NCBI GenBank assembly: GCA_021774335.1
Contig: JAJFJD010000046.1
Span: 342,109-406,108 of the forward strand
DNA from: Alphaproteobacteria bacterium
GTDB lineage: Bacteria > Pseudomonadota > Alphaproteobacteria > UBA8366
Reading direction: 5' to 3'
Length of the DNA stretch: 64,000 bases
Positions 46,992-56,391 of this stretch are shown here, in pieces. Position 1 is the stretch's first letter. The number at the start of each line of letters is the position of its first letter. Position numbers and translations under genes: made by a program. A model generated the notes under the pieces. The model was not told the origin of the DNA. It saw nothing but the letters and a program-made list of their open reading frames with translations, and searched no databases.

Positions 46992-47483
46992 ATGAACCGG
47001 ACTATAAAATTGACAGCGCTCGCGACCGTTGTCGCGCTTACGGGCATCTTTACCTTGGGGATGCAAACATCGGACGCTGCGGACGGAAAAGCGGCGATCG
47101 AACAGCGCCGAGCGCTGATGAAATCCATTTCGAAGGACTTCAAGCCGATCAAGGCCTACGTTAAGAGCGGCAAAGGCTCGGCGGCGGATGTTGCGAAGCA
47201 TGCCAAAGCGATCAACGCGTCGACGGGTAAGATCCTTGCCTTATTCCCGAAAGGAACCGGGCGCGGCGACTTCTCCGACAAGGAGACGCGTGCACTGGCG
47301 GCGATCTGGAAGGACTGGGCCGGTTTCGAAAAAGCCAATAAGGCGCTCGCCGACGAGAGTGCCAAACTGGCAAGCATCGCCGGCGGCGGCGATCAAAAAG
47401 CGATCGCAAAGCAGGTTGGCGTAATGGGCAAACTCGGTTGCGGCGGGTGTCACAAACCGTTCCGCGGCGCGAAAGCGAAATAA
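46992..47483 (+). CDS. Class II cytochrome c (cytochrome c' / c-556 type)
   Basis: It has a signal peptide, four-helix-bundle-type sequence, and the C-terminal heme motif CGGCHKPFR. The SD is GGAGGG. Confidence 0.85.
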   Translation: MNRTIKLTALATVVALTGIFTLGMQTSDAADGKAAIEQRRALMKSISKDFKPIKAYVKSGKGSAADVAKHAKAINASTGKILALFPKGTGRGDFSDKETRALAAIWKDWAGFEKANKALADESAKLASIAGGGDQKAIAKQVGVMGKLGCGGCHKPFRGAKAK

Positions 47484-47673
47484 AAATCGGAACGGTCTTA
47501 TCGACCAACGGTTTGCAACACGCTGACGACCATTAAGTCATCGTCATCGGGCTGCCCTGGACCCTGCCGCGGACCCCTCTTTACGAGCACTGAAATCCGC
47601 GGCGGGGTTTCTTCTGCATGCGCCGATGATAGGTGCGGCCCGTTCCCATGAGAGAATTGTGCCCATGATAAAA

Positions 47674-47687
47674 TTGCGAATGCGCAA
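47674..47687. promoter_or_regulatory. Perfect FNR/CRP-family-type palindrome TTGCG-N4-CGCAA
   Basis: The sequence is TTGCGaatgCGCAA, centred about 67 nt upstream of ATG 47748. An AT-rich candidate -10 (TCTAAAAAT, about 47703-47711) lies about 25 nt downstream of the centre. Confidence 0.4.
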
Positions 47688-47747
47688 GTTGTGGATTTTG
47701 CATCTAAAAATTTCCGGGTAACCGGAACCCCAACAGGGAGCAAATGC

Positions 47748-48719
47748 ATGCGAAGACTAATGACAATTTCCGCCGCTGCTATCGTCGGGACGACTATGGT
47801 GCTGCTGCAACCAGCCTTGGCGGCGAACGTAAAGGTGACGCCGCTCGGCGGCCAGGAGGGCGAGTTTTGCCGTCTCGACCGCGCTTTGATCTTCGAGGAC
47901 CCGAACGGAACACGCCTGCTTTATGACGCCGGGCGTACCGTCGCCGGGCCGAACGACCCTCGTCTTGGCAAGATCGACGTGATTCTCGTGAGCCATATGC
48001 ATGGCGATCACGTCGGCAACCAACACATGAAGGCCGTCAACGCGGGCACCTGCGCCAAGCCCGACCGTTCGGTCAACGCGACGCCGAACTCCAACAGCGT
48101 GAATATCGCGCTGGCCAAGAAGGCGAAGATCGTCACCGGCAGTGAAATGCCCCGGTTTTTCGCCGGGAAACTGAAGGCTGCCGGCGCCAATCCAAAAGAC
48201 TCAATGCTGGTCCGATTCGGTGCGATGAAAAAAGTTGGCGGCGTCGGCATCACCACGGTACCCGCGGTGCACAGTAACGGCCTCGCGCCGGCGTTCATCG
48301 GCGGATCGCTCGGCGACTCCATGAAGGCAGCGGGCATCACCGGCTATGTCGGTCCGCCCACCGGGTATGTGCTGAAGTTCACCAACGGCCTCGTGGTCTA
48401 TTTATCCGGCGATACGGGCATCACCGCCGAACAGGACGTCGTGGTGCGCGGCCACTACAAGGCGAAACTAGCGGTGATCAACATCGGCGACACCTTCACC
48501 ACAGGACCAACGGAAGCCGCCTATGTGATCAATGAACTGGTCAAGCCAGCGTCAGTGATCGCCTCGCACGCCAACGAAGAAGCGACCAAGGGCGGCAAGG
48601 TGCGGCCCGGCACACGGACCGAGACATTCATCAAGGCCAGCAAGGTGCCGGTCCACGTGCCGCTGAGCGGCAAGACGATGGAGTTCGACGGCGGCGGGAA
48701 ATGCGTTTCCGGCTGCTAA
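47748..48719 (+). CDS. Secreted MBL-fold metallo-hydrolase
   Basis: The ATG at 47748 sits 7 nt after GGGAG. The signal peptide is MRRLMTISAAAIVGTTMVLLQPALA and the metal motif is HMHGDHVGN. Confidence 0.85.
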   Translation: MRRLMTISAAAIVGTTMVLLQPALAANVKVTPLGGQEGEFCRLDRALIFEDPNGTRLLYDAGRTVAGPNDPRLGKIDVILVSHMHGDHVGNQHMKAVNAGTCAKPDRSVNATPNSNSVNIALAKKAKIVTGSEMPRFFAGKLKAAGANPKDSMLVRFGAMKKVGGVGITTVPAVHSNGLAPAFIGGSLGDSMKAAGITGYVGPPTGYVLKFTNGLVVYLSGDTGITAEQDVVVRGHYKAKLAVINIGDTFTTGPTEAAYVINELVKPASVIASHANEEATKGGKVRPGTRTETFIKASKVPVHVPLSGKTMEFDGGGKCVSGC

Positions 48720-48824
48720 CCCGGTCATAAGGTCCTCCACACACCCAGGGCCGCGGCCTAGCCTTCGTTGCCCTGGGGACCGGCGCCAGCCGCGCCAACA
48801 CCGCCCGTGACAGACCACTTATGA

Positions 48825-49013
48825 TTACCGGTCGCCGTCACGCTCGCGAACCTTCTCCGCCGCATGCTCGGCGAGCAATCGCAGCGCCAGCAAATAAACG
48901 ATCGCCGCCGCCACGAAGCCGACCGGCGAAAACATCTCCTTCAGCGGCTGATAGGCGAAGATAAGCGGCAGCAGCCCTACCGCATAGATGATGACGACGA
49001 TGTAGCGCTTCAT
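48825..49013 (-). CDS. Small two-TM membrane protein, hypothetical
   Basis: 62 aa, GC3-rich, with two hydrophobic segments. The SD is weak. Confidence 0.45.
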   Translation of the reverse strand: MKRYIVVIIYAVGLLPLIFAYQPLKEMFSPVGFVAAAIVYLLALRLLAEHAAEKVRERDGDR

Positions 49014-49172
49014 GTCCTGTCCGGCGGTCGTGACCCGCGGCGAATCCCGCGTCGCATACCCTAAGGCCGTGTTCGCCCCCTGACAAATGGCCGCGCCTTC
49101 GCATTGTCCGGCAGCGTGCTACGCTATTGCCGTCACTGATATCTGGCGAATTGGCACGGGAGGAATCGATCC

Positions 49173-50975
49173 ATGGCGAAGAACAATATGCTCGACGGCG
49201 GTCAACTCATCGTCGACTACCTGGTCCGCGAAAAGGTGCCCTATGTGTTCGGGCTGTGCGGGCATGGGAATATCGGATTCATCGATGCGCTGTACGAGCG
49301 GTCGGACGACATCGAGACGATTTCGGTTCACCACGAATCCGTCGCAGGCTTCATGGCCGACGTCTATTACCGCGTCACCGGACAGCCGACGGCGACCTTC
49401 ACCTCCTGCGGCCCCGGCTCCGCGAATATGCCGATCTGCCTCGCCAACGCCTATTTCGACTCCGTGCCCTTCCTCGCCGTGACCGGCAACGTGCCAACCA
49501 GCCAGTTCAACCGGGGCGCCTTCCAGGAAACCTACCGGCAGCATCAAGCGGATTTCCCGTCCACCGTCCGCGCCTATTGCAAGCGCGTGTTCCAGCCGAC
49601 GCGCGGCGAGATGGTGCCCGTGGCCATCCGCCAGGCGTGGAAGACGATGGTCACCGGCCGGCCCGGCCCGGTCGTCCTCGACGTGCCGTTCGACATCTTC
49701 AAGGAAGCCGCCGCGCAGGAGACGCCGAAACCCGAGGAATGGAACGCGAATATCAGCAGCCGCTGCGGCGCAGACCCCGACGGTGTCCGGCAGGCCGTCG
49801 ACATGTTGCTGGCGGCCGAACGCCCGGTCATCTTGGTCGGGCAGGGCGTGAAATACGGCGGCGCGGCCGAAGACCTGCTGACCCTGGCCGAACGTTTGGG
49901 AATCCCGGTCGCCAGTTCGGCCAGCGGCATCGGCGCGATGGACACTGGCAACCCACTCAACCTCGGCTTGGTCGCGCGCAACGGTACCTATCAGGCGAAC
50001 CAAGCGACACGGCAGGCCGACGTGCTGTTAGCCCTCGGCGTACGGTTCGACGACCGGACGTCCAGTTCCTGGCATCCGGGGTATTCCTTCACAATCCCAC
50101 CGACCAAGCTGATCCATGTCGATATCGACCCTGACGAGATTGGCCGAAACTACCCGGTCGCCCTCGGATTGATGGCCGACGTCCGAACCTTCCTGCGGCA
50201 GATCCTCGCCGAACTCGACACCAGGAAGAACACCGAGGCGGCCGCCGATGCCCGCAAGGCCTGGCTCGATGCGATCGCCGGTTACCGCAAGGAATGGGAC
50301 GCCTTCGTGGCGCCCGGCTTCATCGACGAGTCGTCGCCGATCCACCCGCAGCGCGCCGCGCATGAAATCGACAAGGCGCTCCCGGAAGACGCGATCCTGG
50401 TCAGCGACATCGGCATCCATCACAACTGGCTCATCCAGTTTTGCAATCCCAAACGCCCCGACTCGTTGATCGGATCGATGGGATTCGGGCCGATGGGATT
50501 CGGCGTCGCGGGTGTGCTCGGCGCGAAACTAGCCGCGCCGGACCGGCCCTGCGTCTCGGTCTGCGGCGACGGCGCTTTCCTGATGCATGCCAGCGTGTTG
50601 GCGACCGCGGTCGAATACAACATCCCCGCGGTCTGGGTGGTGTGGAACAACTACGCCTATGCCTCGATCCGCGGATTGCAGCGCGGCTACCTGGACGGCC
50701 GCGAATTGGCGACCGACTTCAAGGACCCGAATACCGGCGCGCCCTACAACCCGGATTTCGCAGCGATGGCCCGGTCCGCTGGGGTCGAGGCCGTCAGCGT
50801 CGACCGAGCAGGTGACCTGGGCGACGCCATCCAAGCCGGCATCGCCGCGAACAAGCCCTATCTGATCGACGCCAATATCGCCGCCGACGCCAACCCGTCC
50901 GGCGCAGGCGTATGGGAATTGCCGGGCCTGGGCATCAGCGCACCGGCGATTGGCAGCCGGTACAGTCCGAGTTGA
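49173..50975 (+). CDS. Thiamine-pyrophosphate-dependent enzyme (acetolactate-synthase-like)
   Basis: It has the three-domain ThDP architecture and the ThDP-binding motif GDGAFLMHASVLATAVEYNIPAVWVVWNN. The specific reaction is unknown. Confidence 0.88.
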   Translation: MAKNNMLDGGQLIVDYLVREKVPYVFGLCGHGNIGFIDALYERSDDIETISVHHESVAGFMADVYYRVTGQPTATFTSCGPGSANMPICLANAYFDSVPFLAVTGNVPTSQFNRGAFQETYRQHQADFPSTVRAYCKRVFQPTRGEMVPVAIRQAWKTMVTGRPGPVVLDVPFDIFKEAAAQETPKPEEWNANISSRCGADPDGVRQAVDMLLAAERPVILVGQGVKYGGAAEDLLTLAERLGIPVASSASGIGAMDTGNPLNLGLVARNGTYQANQATRQADVLLALGVRFDDRTSSSWHPGYSFTIPPTKLIHVDIDPDEIGRNYPVALGLMADVRTFLRQILAELDTRKNTEAAADARKAWLDAIAGYRKEWDAFVAPGFIDESSPIHPQRAAHEIDKALPEDAILVSDIGIHHNWLIQFCNPKRPDSLIGSMGFGPMGFGVAGVLGAKLAAPDRPCVSVCGDGAFLMHASVLATAVEYNIPAVWVVWNNYAYASIRGLQRGYLDGRELATDFKDPNTGAPYNPDFAAMARSAGVEAVSVDRAGDLGDAIQAGIAANKPYLIDANIAADANPSGAGVWELPGLGISAPAIGSRYSPS

Positions 50976-50990
50976 CCCGCAGGCATATCG

Positions 50991-51914
50991 TCATTCTTCC
51001 GCGGCGCGATCCCGTGCTTTCTTGAGTTGGGCCTCGCGGAAGGCGATGTAACTGATACTGCCGCCGATCACCGCCGCGCCGACCCAGGTCCAGAAGTCCG
51101 GCGTCTCGGCGAAGATGAAGAAGCCGATCAGCGCGGCCCAAACGAGCCGGGTAAACCGCACCGGGGCGAGCAAGGTCGCATCCGCGTCCTTGAACGCCTG
51201 CGCCTGCGCCATGTTGGTCGCGCTCGACACCACGCCGATCAACACGAACCACAGGAGATGCTCGAGTGTCGGCGTCACCCAGTGCAGCGCCGCCGGAATC
51301 GCGGCCACGCCGATGCGGAACAGGTACATATAGGTGACGATGGTGAGCGGCGATTCGGTGCGGGTCAGCAGTTTCAGCAACAGCATCGACACGCCGGACA
51401 GCACCGCGCTCCCCATGATCAGCATCGCGCCGGGGGTAATCACCTCGACCCCCGGACGCAGGATAATCAACGCGCCGACGAAGCCGATGATCACCGCCGA
51501 CCAGCGCCGCGGCCCCGCCTTCTCGCCGAGAAACAGCACCGCGCCGACGGTCAGGAAGATCACCGCCGTGAAACTGAGCGACGTGGCCACGACAAAGGGC
51601 ACCAACGTCAGTCCCGTATACCAGGCCAGCGCGTTGGCGCCGCCGATCATGCCGCGCGTGACATGCAGGCCGAACCGGTGCGTGCCCAGCGTACGGCGCA
51701 GACCTGCCCGCATAATGAACGGACCAAGCGCGAGCAATGCGAAGAAATGACGAATGACGACGACTTCTTCCGGCGGCAGATCGCTGCCGAGATACCGGAT
51801 CACGCCGTGCGTGCCCGTGGCCATACCGACGGAGACCGTCATCAGCACTATACCCCGCAAGCCCGGCGGCATGCGCGTGAAGGCATCGTGCAGTCGACGA
51901 TAAGTGTGACGCAT
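50991..51914 (-). CDS. DMT-superfamily (EamA) transporter
   Basis: It has about 10 TM segments in two EamA-like halves. Confidence 0.85.
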   Translation of the reverse strand: MRHTYRRLHDAFTRMPPGLRGIVLMTVSVGMATGTHGVIRYLGSDLPPEEVVVIRHFFALLALGPFIMRAGLRRTLGTHRFGLHVTRGMIGGANALAWYTGLTLVPFVVATSLSFTAVIFLTVGAVLFLGEKAGPRRWSAVIIGFVGALIILRPGVEVITPGAMLIMGSAVLSGVSMLLLKLLTRTESPLTIVTYMYLFRIGVAAIPAALHWVTPTLEHLLWFVLIGVVSSATNMAQAQAFKDADATLLAPVRFTRLVWAALIGFFIFAETPDFWTWVGAAVIGGSISYIAFREAQLKKARDRAAEE

Positions 51915-52018
51915 ACGGTCCGGTTTCAGGTCCGCCCATTGGCGGCAGAATGAGGCGGCAGAAGGATACGGCGGACGGAGACTATATCAGCAATCTGCCG
52001 GCGGGGCGGCGGTTGGAC

Positions 52019-52900
52019 CTAGCTTTCTTCGGGCTCCGGCTCATCGGCGGTGAGCGGCGGTACGGTCATCGCCAGATTGCCCACTTTCATGAGGGTAATC
52101 CCAGCATCGGCCAACGCCCGCAACACTGCCTCGTTCACCCGGTACCGCGTGTTGAAATATTTCATGCTCGGCACCCAGTAGCGCGCGCCGATGATGACGC
52201 CGCCATAAGTGAAGTCGTGCACGCCGACCTGGGGCGGCGCGCCTTCGGCCAATTCCGGGAATCCGCCCAGCGCCTCTCGGACAATCTCGATGGCCTTGGT
52301 CGGGTTCTGGTCCTCGGCGATACAGAGGCGCGTCTCGATCACGCGGCGTTCGTCGGAGTTTACAAGAATCTCGCCGACGATCTGCTTGTTCGGGATGGTA
52401 ATGCGCTCGCCGTCCTCGCCGACCAGAGTGGTCGCCGCCAGGGCGATCTCGTCCACCACGCCGCTCACCTTCCGGACCGTGATCGTGTTGCCGATCACGA
52501 AGGGCCGCCCCAGGATGATCGCCAGGCCCGCGCCGTAGTTGGACAACGGCCCCTGGATCGCCAAGGTGGCGCCGAAAGCCGAGGCACCGGCCAGCGCGAT
52601 CAACGGCGCGATGGTGACACCGAAATTGCCGAGGGTGATGATGATGACCATCACCACCAACAGGACCTTCACCACGTTTCCCAAGAATTTCGACAGGGTA
52701 ACGTCGATATCCTTGGCCAGCGCCATGCCCTCGGCCTTGCGTCCCAACCAACCGGCGATCTTAAGGCCGATGACCAGGACGATCAGCGCGCCGAGAATCT
52801 GAAATCCGTATTTCACGATGAAGTCCATCACCGTGTCAGCCAGCGACGTTATCATCGCTATGTTTTGCTCAATATTCGCTTCGAGCTTTTTATCCATCAA
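52019..52900 (-). CDS. Small-conductance mechanosensitive channel (MscS family)
   Basis: It has three TM segments and the MscS core GATLAIQGPLSNYGAGLAIILGRPFVIGNTI. Confidence 0.88.
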   Translation of the reverse strand: MMDKKLEANIEQNIAMITSLADTVMDFIVKYGFQILGALIVLVIGLKIAGWLGRKAEGMALAKDIDVTLSKFLGNVVKVLLVVMVIIITLGNFGVTIAPLIALAGASAFGATLAIQGPLSNYGAGLAIILGRPFVIGNTITVRKVSGVVDEIALAATTLVGEDGERITIPNKQIVGEILVNSDERRVIETRLCIAEDQNPTKAIEIVREALGGFPELAEGAPPQVGVHDFTYGGVIIGARYWVPSMKYFNTRYRVNEAVLRALADAGITLMKVGNLAMTVPPLTADEPEPEES

Positions 52901-52935
52901 ACAATCTCCACGGGGAACTGAACGCGGCCACCGGC

Positions 52936-53916
52936 TTAATAGCCGAGCTTCCGATCGATGACGTTGCGCAAAGGCACGCCGTCGATCATGCGTTGCAGGT
53001 TTTCAAAGAATATGTCGAGGGCGCGCGGCATGTAGCGCGCCGAATCATCAGACGAAATATGCGGCGTCAGGATGGCGTTTTTGACCTTCCACAAGGGCGA
53101 CTCTGACGGTAGCGGCTCCTCGGCGAACACGTCGAGGACCGCACCGCTAAGGCGGCCATCTTCAAGCCGCGCGCTCAGCGCGTCATAGTCGACGATCGGC
53201 CCGCGCCCGATATTGACGACCCCCGCCCCCGGTTTCAATTGGTCCAGCTCCGCCGCGCCGATCAGGCCGCGCGTCTCGGCGGTCAGCGGCGCCGCGATCA
53301 CCAGGAAATCCGCATCCGCGAGCGCCGCATGCAGGTCGCCGGTGGCGAAGATCGCGTCGACATCGTCGTCCGGCGCCGCGGTGCGCCGAACGCCGCGCAC
53401 GGTGATCCCAAGGCTCCGCAAAGCCCGCGCCGATGCCCGGCCCATATTGCCAAGCCCCAAGATCGTCACGGTCTTGCCCGCCGCCGTGGAGCTGAAGATC
53501 TGCTCCCACCGGGACGCCCGTTGGTTGGCGATGATCGCCGGCAGGCGCGCGTTCAACATCAAGATGGACATGACCACCGATTCGGCGGCTTTCGGCGCGT
53601 GCGTGCCGCTGTTGTTGGTCAGGATGACATCCGCCGGCAGCCAGTCCATCGGCATCAGATATTCAATCCCGGCAGACGGTGCATTGATCCATTTGAGATT
53701 GGGCGCGACCGTGGCCAGGTTCTCCCGCGGGAAGCGCTGGGCGAAGAGGATTTCCGCCGTCTGCATATGCGTTGCAAAATCTTCGCTGTCCCAGCTGAAG
53801 GTAACGGTCAACTGTGACGCCAGGTCCGGATGCCGCCGGGCCACATCCTGATACATTTCAGGAGAAATGTGCATGTGCGGCGGCTTGGCGCGAAGACTGT
53901 CGATATGCAGATGCAT
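52936..53916 (-). CDS. D-isomer-specific 2-hydroxyacid dehydrogenase
   Basis: It has the NAD motif ILGLGNMGRASARAL and the catalytic region NIGRGPIVD...LTPHISS. Confidence 0.88.
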   Translation of the reverse strand: MHLHIDSLRAKPPHMHISPEMYQDVARRHPDLASQLTVTFSWDSEDFATHMQTAEILFAQRFPRENLATVAPNLKWINAPSAGIEYLMPMDWLPADVILTNNSGTHAPKAAESVVMSILMLNARLPAIIANQRASRWEQIFSSTAAGKTVTILGLGNMGRASARALRSLGITVRGVRRTAAPDDDVDAIFATGDLHAALADADFLVIAAPLTAETRGLIGAAELDQLKPGAGVVNIGRGPIVDYDALSARLEDGRLSGAVLDVFAEEPLPSESPLWKVKNAILTPHISSDDSARYMPRALDIFFENLQRMIDGVPLRNVIDRKLGY

Positions 53917-54012
53917 GGGTGTTCCTCCTGCTTTTGATGCGTATCATACCGAAGCCGCTTCTTGCGGTCTTGCATACAAGCGGATGTTTTTTGGAATTTT
54001 CGGGATAGAACC

Positions 54013-55320
54013 ATGGCGCTGACGCAAACTGAGACTGAGAGCCTCACCAAAGCGGTCGACGGCAGCATGACCCTGGCCGAAGGACTGTTCGACCGACTCG
54101 CCACGGAAACCGCAGATGGCGGTGGGGTGACGCGCGCCTCCTATGGCGACGGCGAGCAGTTGGCTCATGACATGTTCGCCGAATCGGCACGCGATCTCGG
54201 CCTCGACGTGACCACCGACCTCGCGGGCAACGCCTACTACACCCTACCCGGTCGCGACCGCTCGGCGCCGCAGGTGATGACCGGCTCCCATCTCGATTCG
54301 GTACCGAAAGGCGGCAACTTCGACGGTGCCGCCGGCGTGGTCGCGGGTCTGGCGGCGCAGGCCGCGATCAAGGCGGCGGGGATCGAACCGGCCAGGGACG
54401 TCACGGTCATGGCCATCCGGTCAGAGGAATGCAGCAGTTGGTTCCGGGGCCGCCACGGCGGCCATCTCGGATCACGCGCAGCACTCGGCCTGATGAAGCC
54501 GGAGGAATTAAAGAACGCCGTCCATCTCGGCACCGGCAAGACGCTGGGCGAGCAAATGGCCGCCTATGGCCTCGACCCTGAGAAACTGATGGCGGCACCA
54601 CCGCACCTGACCGCCCAGGACGTGGCCGCCTATATCGAACTGCATATCGAGCAGGGCCCGGTCCTCGTCTCCGCCGAAACGCCGGTCGGCGTGGTCACCG
54701 GTATTCGCGGCAACACGCGCTCGCGCGACGGCCGAGTGCTGGGCGAATACACCCATAGCGGCGCAGTGCCGCAATCGCATCGCCACGACGCCGTGCTGGC
54801 CGGCGCTGAGCTGCTGACCGCGCTCGACCGCGAAACCGAAGCGGTGCTGGCGGAAGGCGGCGACATCGTCTTCGCTGCCGGAAAGTTCGGCACCGACCCG
54901 GATATGCACAGTCTGTCGAAGGTGCCGGGCGAATTGAACTTCACGCTCGATATCCGCAGCCTGGACGTGGCGACGCTGACCCGGATGCGGGAATGCGCCG
55001 AGAGCGCGGCGGCGGAGATCGAAACACGGCGCGGCGTACAGTTCGATTTCGGCGGGTTCGGCGTCAGCCAACCCACCGTGATGGCCGAAGATCATTGCCG
55101 ACTGCTTCACGAGGGTTGCCAGGCACTCGGCATTTCGGCGATCGATATCGCGAGCGGCGGCGGCCATGACGCCCAGGAATTCGACCGGATCGGCGTGCCG
55201 TCGTCGATGATCTTCGTGCGCAACGACCACGGCAGCCATAACGCGGACGAAGCGATGGAGATTGCCGACTTCGCGCTGGGTACGCGGCTGCTCGCCTGGA
55301 TGCTCGCCGACGCCCTATGA
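54013..55320 (+). CDS. M20-family Zn amidohydrolase (allantoate amidohydrolase / N-carbamoyl-L-amino-acid hydrolase type)
   Basis: It starts at ATG 54013. It has GSHLDSVPKGGNFDGAAGV and GGGHDAQ motifs. Confidence 0.85.
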   Translation: MALTQTETESLTKAVDGSMTLAEGLFDRLATETADGGGVTRASYGDGEQLAHDMFAESARDLGLDVTTDLAGNAYYTLPGRDRSAPQVMTGSHLDSVPKGGNFDGAAGVVAGLAAQAAIKAAGIEPARDVTVMAIRSEECSSWFRGRHGGHLGSRAALGLMKPEELKNAVHLGTGKTLGEQMAAYGLDPEKLMAAPPHLTAQDVAAYIELHIEQGPVLVSAETPVGVVTGIRGNTRSRDGRVLGEYTHSGAVPQSHRHDAVLAGAELLTALDRETEAVLAEGGDIVFAAGKFGTDPDMHSLSKVPGELNFTLDIRSLDVATLTRMRECAESAAAEIETRRGVQFDFGGFGVSQPTVMAEDHCRLLHEGCQALGISAIDIASGGGHDAQEFDRIGVPSSMIFVRNDHGSHNADEAMEIADFALGTRLLAWMLADAL

Positions 55321-55358
55321 TCTAAAACGGCCAAGCCCGGCGACCGGATGGCTGATAG

Positions 55359-55395
55359 CCAAAAGGAAAGGGCGCCTACCGAAAGCGGGCGCCCT
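55359..55395 (-). terminator. Rho-independent terminator candidate for the 55426-55638 gene (hairpin could act bidirectionally)
   Basis: The 8-bp stem AGGGCGCC/GGCGCCCT at 55369-55395 is followed on the minus strand by TTCCTTTT. Confidence 0.5.
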
Positions 55396-55425
55396 ACGAG
55401 ACCTTGCCAAACAATTCTAAGGTCG

Positions 55426-55638
55426 TTAGCCGCTGGCGGCGACTGGCGTAAACAATCGAGGGTCGGTCAGCGCGGAAACAGAGTACAACCGCACGTCCGA
55501 GTTATGCTTTGCCATGCTGACACGCGCACGCGCATGCGGCGGTTCACCTTCCGGCGTGAACAGCTCTATGACCTCCAAAACGAACGCTGGGGCGTCTTTT
55601 TTTCGGAATTTAACGCCCACTTCAAGGGTTTGAGGCAT
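55426..55638 (-). CDS. Hypothetical 70-aa protein
   Basis: A GGAG SD lies 7 nt before the ATG. The gene has its own terminator downstream and an AT-rich region upstream. No family was recognised. Confidence 0.45.
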   Translation of the reverse strand: MPQTLEVGVKFRKKDAPAFVLEVIELFTPEGEPPHARARVSMAKHNSDVRLYSVSALTDPRLFTPVAASG

Positions 55639-55688
55639 TTGTCTCTCCGCAGTGTCCTCTAGTTAAAAAAATTCTGACCCGATACTGC

Positions 55689-55701
55689 TAACAAATTGTT
55701 A
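55689..55701. promoter_or_regulatory. 13-bp palindrome TAACAA-A-TTGTTA (operator candidate)
   Basis: It lies in the AT-rich 275-bp divergent region between the 70-aa ORF and the cupin gene. Confidence 0.25.
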
Positions 55702-55913
55702 ACCGTCACGCCCCAGAGGGCCTTTTGTAGTTTATATTTCAAGAATTTACGGTCAAATCGCCCTATCGCGGCGAATTTCGACACATCCGTTCCGATAATG
55801 GGACTCTATTACCCCGATGCCGGACACGAATCCGGCCCGGTTGGCACGATACGAATTCACGCGGTATCGTTGCGCAACCGGCACATCGACCAACCGCCCA
55901 CAGGAGACCCGCC

Positions 55914-56381
55914 ATGCCCGACGATCAATCCCCCGCCGCCGAAATCGGCGCGAAACCAACCTTCTTCAAAATGCGGGCGCAACTATTGGACGACGGCCGC
56001 AGTAATACGCCGCTCGCCGACACCGAAAATATGTGGTCGCGGCTAAAGGTCTATGCGTCGGGCGGCGAGAACACGCTGCACGCCCATCCGAACGAAGATC
56101 ACATGTTTGTCGTCCTCGATGGATCGGCCTGCTTCTATGGGCCCGGCGGCGAGGAACGCGTATTGACCCGCAACGAAGGCCTGATGCTGCCGGCCGGAAG
56201 CTTCTACAGCTTCCAGGCGACCAGCGACGAACCGCTGGTGCTGTTACGCGTCGGCTGTTGCGTGAACGACCGGGACGATCACGGTAAGCGGATCGCCGTC
56301 GGCGGCGGCCCTCTGCCGGGCAAATCCAAGGCCAATAAATGGAAGGCCCCGGTCTATCGCGACGGCGCCTTTTACGAGTAG
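55914..56381 (+). CDS. Cupin-domain protein
   Basis: The cupin metal motif is GENTLHAHPNEDHMFVVLDG. Confidence 0.8.
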   Translation: MPDDQSPAAEIGAKPTFFKMRAQLLDDGRSNTPLADTENMWSRLKVYASGGENTLHAHPNEDHMFVVLDGSACFYGPGGEERVLTRNEGLMLPAGSFYSFQATSDEPLVLLRVGCCVNDRDDHGKRIAVGGGPLPGKSKANKWKAPVYRDGAFYE

Positions 56382-56391
56382 CGCCAGGCGC

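Noticed and set aside
49152-49157. TGGCAC, a possible sigma-54 -24 element, upstream of the ThDP-enzyme gene
   Set aside because: No TTGC(A/T) -12 element follows at the required 5-nt spacing. The sequence also overlaps the GGGAGG ribosome-binding site.
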